Source: Bradyrhizobiaceae bacterium (GTDB lineage Bacteria; Pseudomonadota; Alphaproteobacteria; Rhizobiales; Xanthobacteraceae). Taken from it: a stretch of DNA of 64,000 nt. The translations under genes and the position numbers were made by a program. The notes beneath the pieces were generated by a model. It searched no databases and was not told the DNA's origin. It saw only the letters and a program-made list of their open reading frames with translations. The stretch lies in NCBI GenBank assembly GCA_020853885.1, contig JADYXZ010000020.1:378707-442706 (forward strand). Reading direction: 5' to 3'. Of this stretch, positions 42,067 through 49,666 are shown piece after piece; within the stretch, counting starts at the first letter, position 1, and each line of letters opens with the position of its first letter.

Positions 42067-43176
42067 CTATTTCCCGGCCGGCGCTTTCTGCGGCGTGCCG
42101 CGTTGCGGCTCCGGCTTGGCTGCGGGGTCTGCCGCATCGCCATCGTCGTCCGCCGGGTCATCGGGCGCGTCGCCGACGACGAAACAGGCGTGATAGAGCT
42201 CGCGCGGAATTTCCTTGTTCACCGCGCAATCGTGGATCGGCCGCAGATCTTCCTCGAGGCGGTAGTACATGTAAGGCCCGATCAGGAAGCGGCTCGCGCC
42301 GTCCGGCGATCCGCCGAAGCGGTCGATCTTGCCCTCGAGGCTCGGGTCGGCCTGGAGGATGGCCTGGCGCAGCTCATCGCTCTTGAGGAAGTTGTCGGGC
42401 AGTTGATCGAACGGCCCGTCGAAATAGTTGTTCACGCTGCTGCCGCCCTCGAACACGCCGATCAGAATCTTCCGCTTGAGCCGGTGCTCGTCATAGAAGG
42501 CGAAGCCGGTGCGCCGCGCGATCAGGATGCGGTTGGTGATGCGGGACGGAAACAGCTCGTCGGCGACCTTGATCGTCTCGTCGAGAATGTAGTGAAAGAT
42601 TTTCAGGCGCTTGTTGAAGACGAGGAAGAAACGAATGCCCGACTCGTCGAATACCGGGCCGAGGTATTGGTCGTCGGGGCCGAGCGCGGTCTTCGGCGGC
42701 GTCACTTTCGACAGATCGTTGAGCGCGAAGACGACGCTCTTCGCGCCGAGCGTCACGCGATAGACCAGCGGCTCGAGGCGCTCGACGTTGATGCCGTCCT
42801 CCTTGCCGAACACGCTGTAGTTCACCGCGTCGTCCTTCTGCCATTCGGTCAGCTCGACAAAATAAGCGAAGTGCAGCTTGCCTTCGTCGCGGTCCTTGGC
42901 GTCGAGGCGGATGTTGCCGGCGTAGCGCGTTCCGTTGTGGTAGAAATAAAAATAATAATAGTTCTCCGTTGGATAGACGCGCACGCGATCCGGCAGGCTC
43001 TCCAGCACGAACGCGAGCATCCCCTTCGGATCGTCGAGCGGCAGCACGGTCTTGCGCAAGACGTCCTCGATATATTGTTCGTTGGTGTAGAGACGCGGAC
43101 GATCCGCCGCGCTGGCGGATGCCATGACGAAGCTGCCCGCAAGCAGCGTGATGAGCGCAACGCAGACCCTGCTCAT
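42067..43176 (-). CDS. Secreted hypothetical protein, 369 aa, acidic Pro/Asp-rich tail
   Basis: Signal peptide MSRVCVALITLLAGSFVMASASA-AD. Contains the aromatic run YPTENYYYFYFYHNGTRYAGN. I recognise no family. Confidence 0.72.
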   Translation of the reverse strand: MSRVCVALITLLAGSFVMASASAADRPRLYTNEQYIEDVLRKTVLPLDDPKGMLAFVLESLPDRVRVYPTENYYYFYFYHNGTRYAGNIRLDAKDRDEGKLHFAYFVELTEWQKDDAVNYSVFGKEDGINVERLEPLVYRVTLGAKSVVFALNDLSKVTPPKTALGPDDQYLGPVFDESGIRFFLVFNKRLKIFHYILDETIKVADELFPSRITNRILIARRTGFAFYDEHRLKRKILIGVFEGGSSVNNYFDGPFDQLPDNFLKSDELRQAILQADPSLEGKIDRFGGSPDGASRFLIGPYMYYRLEEDLRPIHDCAVNKEIPRELYHACFVVGDAPDDPADDDGDAADPAAKPEPQRGTPQKAPAGK

Positions 43177-43258
43177 GCTCGATCTGTCCGGTTCGCCGGG
43201 TTCCTGTCGGCTATAAGCATGCCCGCTTTCGGAACGTTCCCGGCGTGCGTCCCGGCGG

Positions 43259-46200
43259 CTATCGGCGCCGCCGGGAGTCCTCGTCGTCTGACGGCTGCTT
43301 CTGTTCCAGTGTTTCCGACTTGGCCTTGTCGTGCTGCCGCGTTTTCTGCTGCTGTTGCTGGACTTTCGGCTGCGGGGGTTGCTGCACCTTGGGCGGCTGC
43401 TGAATCTTGAGCTGTTGCGGCTGCACCTTCGGCTGCGGGGGTTGCTGCACCTTGGGCGGCTGCTGAATCTTGAGCTGTTGCGGCTGCACCTTCGGCTGCG
43501 GCGCTTGCTGCAGCTTCGGCGCCGGCGGCTGGGTGATCTGCGGCTTGATCTTCGCCGAGACGTCCGGTGCGTGCACCGGCGGTTTCGGTTGGATCTTCAC
43601 CTTCTGGTCGGCAGCTGACTGCGCCACCGTGTGAGCCGGCTTCGGTGCCGGGAGCTTTATGTCCTTCTCGGCAGCACTCTTGGCAGGCGCGTGGACCGGC
43701 GGCTTCGGCTGGATCTTCACCTTCTGGTCGGCAGCGGACTGCGCCACCGTGTGAGCCGGCTTCGGTGCCGGGAGCTTTATGTCCTTCTCGGCAGCGCTCT
43801 TGGCGGGCGCGTGGACCGGCGGTTTGGGTTCGATCTTCACCTTCTGGTCGGCTATGGACTGCGCCACCGTATGAGCCGGCTTGGGCGCCGGGAGCTTCAC
43901 GTCCTTTTCGATCACGCTCATCTGCGGCGTGTGCACCGGCTTCGGGAGCGGCTGCTTCAGGCCCTTCTCGGCGGCGCTCTTCACCAGCGTGTGGACCGGA
44001 ACCGGCTCCGGAATTTTCAGGCCCTTGTCGACGGCGCTCTTGATCTGCGTGTGCACCGGTTTCGGCTCGGGCTGCTTGAAGCCCTTGTCGATGATGCTCT
44101 TCGCGACCGTGTGCACGGGCTTGGGATCCGGGAGCTTGAGCTTGTCGAGCAGGCTCTGCTTGGCGTTGTGCGAGCCGAACTGCTTGTGGCTGTTCTGCAG
44201 CAGATGGATTTTGGACGCTTTCGCGAAATGGCTCGCCACCGGCTGATGCGATCCGAACTTGTTGTGCGTGGCCTTGCTCGAGTGCGAGCCGAACTTGTTG
44301 TGGCTCCAGTTCAGATTGTGCGAGGCGTACTGGTAATGGCTCCAGTATTGCTGGTGCGAGCCATAGCGAATGTGGCTCATGGCCGGCCAATGCGACGCAA
44401 AGCGGTAGTGGCTCTGCTGCTGGCCGTGCGAGCCATAGCGCGAATGGCTGAAGGCGGGGTCGTGGCCGGGCTCGGCGATCAGCACCGGCGGCGGAGGCGG
44501 CAGGATGTAGGTGACGGCTGCCGGCGCCACGGCGCAGGTCTGGAAGACTGCGATGTCGCCGACGAGGGTCGCGTCGTTGCGCACGAACTCGTCGGTGACC
44601 GGCACGCCCGCCGGCGTCAGGTTGATGTTGATGTCGATCAGGTATGCTTCGTCGATGCCGACTGCCGTCGTCTGTCCGGAGGGGTCGATCTGTTCCGGCG
44701 CAAGGCCGAACGCGGCCGCCGGCGCCACTTCGGCATAGAAATCCTCGCGCAGGCCTTGTACGCCGTGCACTTCGGAATCGTCACCGGTCTCTTCACCGTT
44801 GATCGGGGGCAGGTTGCATGGGCCGTCCGGGGAGCACAATGAATCGCCGGTAATCCAGACGTAGTTGTCCGGCTGGTTCTGGTTCGCCGACCAGCGATTA
44901 GAATAACCCGGACCGAAGGAAGCGCCGCCCGCGCAATTTGCGCGCATGCGCGGCTCGCCTTCGTTGCCGCGGTCGTAGGAGCCGACGTCGTAACGGCCGA
45001 TGGGGCGCCAGACGCCGTCCTGATGCAACTCGTAGCGCAGCGTGCGCGCCTCATGCGGCGTCGCAAACGGGTTCTGCTCGCCGAGCCCCAAGTTGCGCAT
45101 GCCTCCGCGTTCCGCGACGAGCATCAAGGGCAGGCCCTCGCAGGTGGGGAAGGCGATGTCGCTCACCGGCTGGCTATGGCCGGCGCGGGCAATGGCTTCC
45201 GGGCTTGTGAAGAAATCCGGCAGCAGGAATTCACGGCGGACGCTGGTCGTGTTGAAGGCGCCGTCGGCGGTAAGGCCGACCGACCAGACGGAATTGCGCT
45301 TGTCCTCGTCATTGGCCGCGTCCCACGCCTGGCGATCAAACTGGGGTCCGCTCCAGACGGCGTAGAAGAGGCGGACTTCGCCGCTCGCCCTGTTGCGCCA
45401 GACGCCGACGCCCCAAACGCGGCGTCCGGACGGCGCGAGATTCCAGCACTCCGGCGAATTTTCGAAGCGGCCGGCCGGGCAGTCGGCGACCTGCGCGCGG
45501 CTCGCCGGGTCGAACGGGATCGGCGCGAGGCTGCCCTGCCGGTTCGCGCCCGCGTCGAAGAAGTTCGCGCGTCCGCGAACGCCGTGATCATAGACGCCGA
45601 GATCGGCACCGTCCGCGGCGCGGATGCGGTGGATCATGCCGGTTTCGAGATCGGAGACGTAGAGCTGCCGGTTCCAGCGGTCGTAGGTGATGTTGCCGAG
45701 CGAGGCGCCGGTATTCTGCCGCCCGCCGAGGGCGATCTGCGCGAATAGCTGCGGCTGATAATTGCTGGAAGCGCTGAGACGGTAGATCGCGCCGGGGCCG
45801 CCGGGACCCCACATGCCGGGCTGCCAATTCTGGTTGTCCGGTGTCCGGTGCAGCCCGAAGGCCGCGGTCGCGGCGACATAGATGTTCGGCCGCTGGGCAT
45901 CGTCAAAGGCAACGCCGAAGATCTGTCCCACGTCGGCGGCGGTCACGAACGCGCGCTGCGGCTCGCTGATCCAGTGCTGGCCCTGCGGCGGCTGGTTCGG
46001 ATTGCGTAGATCAATAACGCTGCCGACGACACCGCCCGGATTGATCACCTGCAGTGGCGCGCCACCCGGTCCGGGGACCGCCATCGTGCCGGAGAACCGC
46101 GTCACGAACGCTTCGCCGGGACGCGGCGGAAGCTGCTGCTGCGCGGCTGCCGGAGCGGTGAGCGCGAACAGGGCCGCGGCCGCAAGCGCAGTTGCCGCCG

Positions 46201-46273
46201 AACGCGGACCGAAATTCTTGCAGGCATGGTCGGACGTCGATCGAACCGCAATTCGAAAGCCGATGGCGTTCAT
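43259..46273 (-). CDS. Large secreted protein (~1004 aa): ~640-aa N-terminal globular region plus a His-rich short-repeat block, 20-aa KPVHT repeats and a Gln/Pro/Lys repeat tail
   Basis: Signal peptide ...ATALAAAALFALTAPAAA-QQ after ATG 46273 (the track ORF begins at 46381). The repeat structure can be read directly in both protein and DNA. Confidence 0.8.
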   Translation of the reverse strand: MNAIGFRIAVRSTSDHACKNFGPRSAATALAAAALFALTAPAAAQQQLPPRPGEAFVTRFSGTMAVPGPGGAPLQVINPGGVVGSVIDLRNPNQPPQGQHWISEPQRAFVTAADVGQIFGVAFDDAQRPNIYVAATAAFGLHRTPDNQNWQPGMWGPGGPGAIYRLSASSNYQPQLFAQIALGGRQNTGASLGNITYDRWNRQLYVSDLETGMIHRIRAADGADLGVYDHGVRGRANFFDAGANRQGSLAPIPFDPASRAQVADCPAGRFENSPECWNLAPSGRRVWGVGVWRNRASGEVRLFYAVWSGPQFDRQAWDAANDEDKRNSVWSVGLTADGAFNTTSVRREFLLPDFFTSPEAIARAGHSQPVSDIAFPTCEGLPLMLVAERGGMRNLGLGEQNPFATPHEARTLRYELHQDGVWRPIGRYDVGSYDRGNEGEPRMRANCAGGASFGPGYSNRWSANQNQPDNYVWITGDSLCSPDGPCNLPPINGEETGDDSEVHGVQGLREDFYAEVAPAAAFGLAPEQIDPSGQTTAVGIDEAYLIDININLTPAGVPVTDEFVRNDATLVGDIAVFQTCAVAPAAVTYILPPPPPVLIAEPGHDPAFSHSRYGSHGQQQSHYRFASHWPAMSHIRYGSHQQYWSHYQYASHNLNWSHNKFGSHSSKATHNKFGSHQPVASHFAKASKIHLLQNSHKQFGSHNAKQSLLDKLKLPDPKPVHTVAKSIIDKGFKQPEPKPVHTQIKSAVDKGLKIPEPVPVHTLVKSAAEKGLKQPLPKPVHTPQMSVIEKDVKLPAPKPAHTVAQSIADQKVKIEPKPPVHAPAKSAAEKDIKLPAPKPAHTVAQSAADQKVKIQPKPPVHAPAKSAAEKDIKLPAPKPAHTVAQSAADQKVKIQPKPPVHAPDVSAKIKPQITQPPAPKLQQAPQPKVQPQQLKIQQPPKVQQPPQPKVQPQQLKIQQPPKVQQPPQPKVQQQQQKTRQHDKAKSETLEQKQPSDDEDSRRRR
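43363..43520 (-). repeat. 63-bp in-frame tandem repeat (about 2.3 copies) encoding VQPQQLKIQQPPKVQQPPQPK
   Basis: The string tcggctgcggggg recurs at 43366, 43429 and 43492 (period 63). The first two copies are essentially identical. Confidence 0.85.
43571..44130 (-). repeat. 60-bp periodic in-frame tandem repeats (about 9-10 units). The first three 120-bp super-units are near-identical.
   Basis: gtg[c/g]acc recurs at 43571, 43691, 43811, 43931, 43991, 44051 and 44111. Units 43571-43690 and 43691-43810 differ at only a few positions. Confidence 0.9.
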
Positions 46274-46664
46274 TTGTGTTTTCCAGGCAGGAGGCGGGAA
46301 AGCGGGCGTGCAGTTATCCGTGGCGAAGCATAGAGGCCATTTGCTAACGGTGGAAGTCATCGCCGAGGCCGAATGAACCATCCATGAACGGCGGCGGCGC
46401 TTTTCTAGGACTTTGTTCTGATTGCAGTTTCCGGGTGCCGGGTTGGGCGGTCAGCGGGCAGCGACCTCCTGCGAAACCGCTCCGATTCCCGCCGGCGGGT
46501 TCGTCGTGCGGACGCGAAAGCTGCGTGGTTGCGCGGTTTGTGCGGTCTGTGCAATCAAACATTGCCTTCCTGTCCCGCGCACTTGCCGGCCCTGTTTCGG
46601 CCGTGCGCAAAACCAACGATGATCGGGCGCACACGGAGCGCCGGCGCACGCAAGGAGAAACATC

Positions 46665-47687
46665 ATGCGGATCGACGCCTTCAATCACTTCTTCCCAAAG
46701 AAATACTACGAGAAGATGGGCGAGGTCGGCGCCGGCCTGAAGGACATGTTCAACCGCACGCGTGCGATCCCGTGCATTCACGATCTCGACGAGCGCTTCC
46801 GCGTGATGGACATGTTCTCCGATTACGCGCAGATTCTGTCGCTGCCGGCGCCGCGGCTTGAGGTGATCGCCAAGGGCGATCCGAAGATCGCGCTTGAGCT
46901 CGCGAAGATCGGCAATGACGGACTGGCCGAGCTGGTCGCCAAGCATCCCGACCGCTTCCCCGCGTTCATCGCGCAGGCGCCGATGGTCGCGAGCGATGCG
47001 GGCTCCGCGGAAGTGGAACGTTCGATCAAGGAGCTCGGCGCCGTCGGCGCGCAGATCTACACGAACGTCGGCGGCAAGCCGCTCGACCGGCCCGAGTTCG
47101 AATCCTTCTTCGCCACGATGCACAAACTCGACAAGCCGATCTGGATGCACCCTGACCGGCCGGCGACGCATCCCGATTATCAGGACGAGCAGAAGTCGCT
47201 TTACGAAATCTGGTGGACGTTCGGCTGGCCGTACGAGACGAGCGTCGCGATGGCACGGCTCGTGTTCTCCAAGGTGATCGACAAATATCCGAACCTGAAA
47301 ATCATTGCGCACCATCTCGGCGCGATGGTGCCGTTCTTCGAGGGGCGCGTGGGGCCCGGCTGGGATCAGCTCGGCGCGCGCACTTCCGACGAAGACTACG
47401 TCGCGCTGCGCAAGAGCCTGAAGAAGCGGCCACTCGACTATTTCAAGGATTTCTACGCCGACAGCGCCGTGTTCGGCTCGAAGGCGGCGACCGAGTGCGG
47501 ACTCGCGTTCTATGGGGTCGATCACGTGGTGTTCGCGTCCGACAGTCCGTTCGATCCGGAGAAGGGTCCGGCCTACATTCGCGAGACGATCAAGATTCTC
47601 GACGCGCTGCCGCTCAGCAAGGACGAACGCGAAAAGATCTATTTCAAGAACATCGAGAAGCTGACGGGCAAGAAGTTCGTCAAATAA
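46665..47687 (+). CDS. Amidohydrolase_2 family protein (ACMSD-like)
   Basis: 340 aa. MRIDAFNHFFP... with ...IAHHLGAMVPFFEGR... and ...FASDSPFD follows the PF04909-type pattern. It is a paralogous family member of 34105-35013. Confidence 0.82.
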   Translation: MRIDAFNHFFPKKYYEKMGEVGAGLKDMFNRTRAIPCIHDLDERFRVMDMFSDYAQILSLPAPRLEVIAKGDPKIALELAKIGNDGLAELVAKHPDRFPAFIAQAPMVASDAGSAEVERSIKELGAVGAQIYTNVGGKPLDRPEFESFFATMHKLDKPIWMHPDRPATHPDYQDEQKSLYEIWWTFGWPYETSVAMARLVFSKVIDKYPNLKIIAHHLGAMVPFFEGRVGPGWDQLGARTSDEDYVALRKSLKKRPLDYFKDFYADSAVFGSKAATECGLAFYGVDHVVFASDSPFDPEKGPAYIRETIKILDALPLSKDEREKIYFKNIEKLTGKKFVK

Positions 47688-47691
47688 GGTC

Positions 47692-47812
47692 GTCACCCCG
47701 AGGTGCGAGCGAGCGCAGCGAGCGAGCGTCGAAGGGTGACAATCGATAGCAGGTCAATTACGGGCGTCATCCTTCGAGGCTCGGGGCTTCGCGCCTCGCA
47801 CCTCAGGATGAC
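47692..47812. repeat. Two REP units of the gtcaYCC...GGRtgac family in inverted orientation
   Basis: Unit 1 is gtcaccccgaggtgcgagcgagcgcagcgagcgagcgtcgaagggtgac (47692-47740). Unit 2 is gtcatccttcgaggctcggggcttcgcgcctcgcacctcaggatgac (47766-47812). Confidence 0.8.
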
Positions 47813-47819
47813 GCCGTTT

Positions 47820-49547
47820 TCAATACGGCGTGATGACGTTGACGAGCGCCTGGCGCTTTTCCTTCACCACCGCGTCGCGGGCGCGCGCGAGCACTTCCGG
47901 CAGGTCCTGCGGCCTCTCCACCCGCGCGCCGAAGCCGCCCTGCGCCTTGACGAACTCGTCGTAGGGCGGGCTCGGGTCGAGATCGGCGAGGAAGCGGCCG
48001 TCGTCCTCGCCGGCAGCGCCGTCCTGGAACATGGAGAGCGTGGCGCGGCGCACGGCGCCGTAGCGGCTGTTGTTGAAGATGATCGTCAGCACCGGGAGCT
48101 TGTAGCGCTCGGCGACCCAGTGGCTCACGGTCGGATTGGTGAACATGTAGGTGCCGTCGCCGAGCGTGGCGACGACGAGCTTCTCGGGTGCGGCGAGCTT
48201 CGCGCCAAGTGCTGCGCCAAGACCCCAGCCGAGGCCGCCCGCGGTGCTCGATCCGAAATAGGTGCCCGGCTTCTCGCGCGGGCAGTGCTCGAGCGACAGC
48301 GGGTATTCGTTGAAGATCACCGCGTCGAGCCCAACGGCGTCGCCGACGCACTTGCTTGCATAGGGAACGGTGATCTTGTCGCTCTGTGCTGCCGCCGCCT
48401 GCCCCGCCTTCGAGCGGCGCGCATTCGACTGTTCGCTGAGCCGCTGGAAGCGCGCGGAAATCCTGCCCGCATCGGGCGCGGCCTTGGCGAGCGCGGCGTC
48501 GAGCGCGGCGATCGCGTTCCTTGCGCTCGCGGTGATCGTGAGGTCGCTCGGGAAGCTGCGGATCGGATAGCGGACGAAGGCCGGGTCCTCGCCCATATGG
48601 GCGAACTTGCAGCCGGCGCGCGGCGTGTGGTCGATGGGGAACCAGGGCACTTCGCATTCGAGCAGGATCGCCACATCGGCCTCGGCGAGTAGCGCGCCCG
48701 GATCGAAGCCCTGGTGCATCGGGTGGGTGCTCGGCAGGTTCAGGTAGCGCGTGTTGAAGGAGACGACCGGCACGGCCCAGCGCTCGGCGAATTTTGCGAG
48801 CAGCTCGACCGCGTGCGGCTCGCGGCCCGCGGCCGCGGTGATCAGCACCGGGTTCTCCGCGTCCGCGATCCAGCGGGCGAGCTTCTCGATCGACGCGGGA
48901 TCGGGATAGGGCGAGGCGGCGACGGCGCGCGGTTGCACCGGCTCGATCGGGCCGTCGAGTTCGGCCGACAGCGGCTCGCGCGGCAGCGCGAGATAGACCG
49001 GGCCGCGCGGCGATGTCATCGCGACTTCTAGCGCGCGGGAGACCACGTCGCCGACCTGACCCGGCACGCGCAGCTCGTAATCCCATTTCACCAGCTCGCG
49101 CACCATGCCGGCCTGGTCGAACATCTCCTGGCCCCAGTGGATCTGGCGCATGCGGCCGCCGAACTGGCCGCTTTCGGTAATCGGCGTGCGGCCGGCGGCG
49201 AGCAGGAACGGCGCGCGGTCGCGCGAGAGGTTGGCAAGATTGTTGATCGTGTTGGCAGTGCCGACGTTCACGTGCACCATCACCGCTTGCGGGCGGCCGT
49301 TCATCAGATAGGCGCCATGCGCCATGGCGACCGCGAGGTTCTCGTGGGTGACGAGCACGGGCTGCGGCACCGGCCTGTTGGTCTTCTGCGCGCGGGTGAA
49401 GGCTTCGACAACGGGCGGAAAATCGGTGCCCGGATTGCAGAAGAAGTAGTCAACGCCGTGCGCGGCGAGCGCCGACAGGAACAGCTCACCGGCGATCGGC
49501 GGACGCGCCGGCTTCTCGTGCTTCTGCGCCGTCGGCCTCGCGCTCAT
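47820..49547 (-). CDS. Thiamine pyrophosphate-dependent enzyme (acetolactate synthase large-subunit-like family)
   Basis: N-terminal TPP Pyr domain GELFLSALAAHGVDYFFCNPGTDF, and C-terminal GGLGWGLGAALGAK...LGDGTYMF. The start is at ATG 49547; the track ORF is longer. Confidence 0.85.
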   Translation of the reverse strand: MSARPTAQKHEKPARPPIAGELFLSALAAHGVDYFFCNPGTDFPPVVEAFTRAQKTNRPVPQPVLVTHENLAVAMAHGAYLMNGRPQAVMVHVNVGTANTINNLANLSRDRAPFLLAAGRTPITESGQFGGRMRQIHWGQEMFDQAGMVRELVKWDYELRVPGQVGDVVSRALEVAMTSPRGPVYLALPREPLSAELDGPIEPVQPRAVAASPYPDPASIEKLARWIADAENPVLITAAAGREPHAVELLAKFAERWAVPVVSFNTRYLNLPSTHPMHQGFDPGALLAEADVAILLECEVPWFPIDHTPRAGCKFAHMGEDPAFVRYPIRSFPSDLTITASARNAIAALDAALAKAAPDAGRISARFQRLSEQSNARRSKAGQAAAAQSDKITVPYASKCVGDAVGLDAVIFNEYPLSLEHCPREKPGTYFGSSTAGGLGWGLGAALGAKLAAPEKLVVATLGDGTYMFTNPTVSHWVAERYKLPVLTIIFNNSRYGAVRRATLSMFQDGAAGEDDGRFLADLDPSPPYDEFVKAQGGFGARVERPQDLPEVLARARDAVVKEKRQALVNVITPY

Positions 49548-49666
49548 GCTGGACGCTCCCGTGGACCTTGCATTTGTGCTTGGATGAATTCGCGTGTCTT
49601 CTAGCCGACGGTGGTTGTCAAAACAACGGCTGGTACAGCAACCCAGTCCCGCGAAAGCTTCCCGAC

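Noticed and set aside
43363-44130. Regularly spaced 60/63-bp repeats that superficially resemble a CRISPR array.
   Set aside because: The repeats are contiguous, with no unique spacers, and they are in-frame within a long ORF. Their degeneracy is graded. No cas genes are nearby.
43173-44842. A 405-aa minus-strand ORF (43173-44390) and a 403-aa plus-strand ORF (43631-44842) in the repeat region.
   Set aside because: They stay open only because the underlying DNA is a tandem repeat. The 1040-codon frame continues into a non-repetitive N-terminal domain with a signal peptide.
46344-47696. A 450-aa minus-strand ORF antisense to the amidohydrolase gene.
   Set aside because: The plus-strand frame has amidohydrolase_2 motifs and a good SD (AAGGAGAAACATC ATG). 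The antisense frame has no recognisable features.
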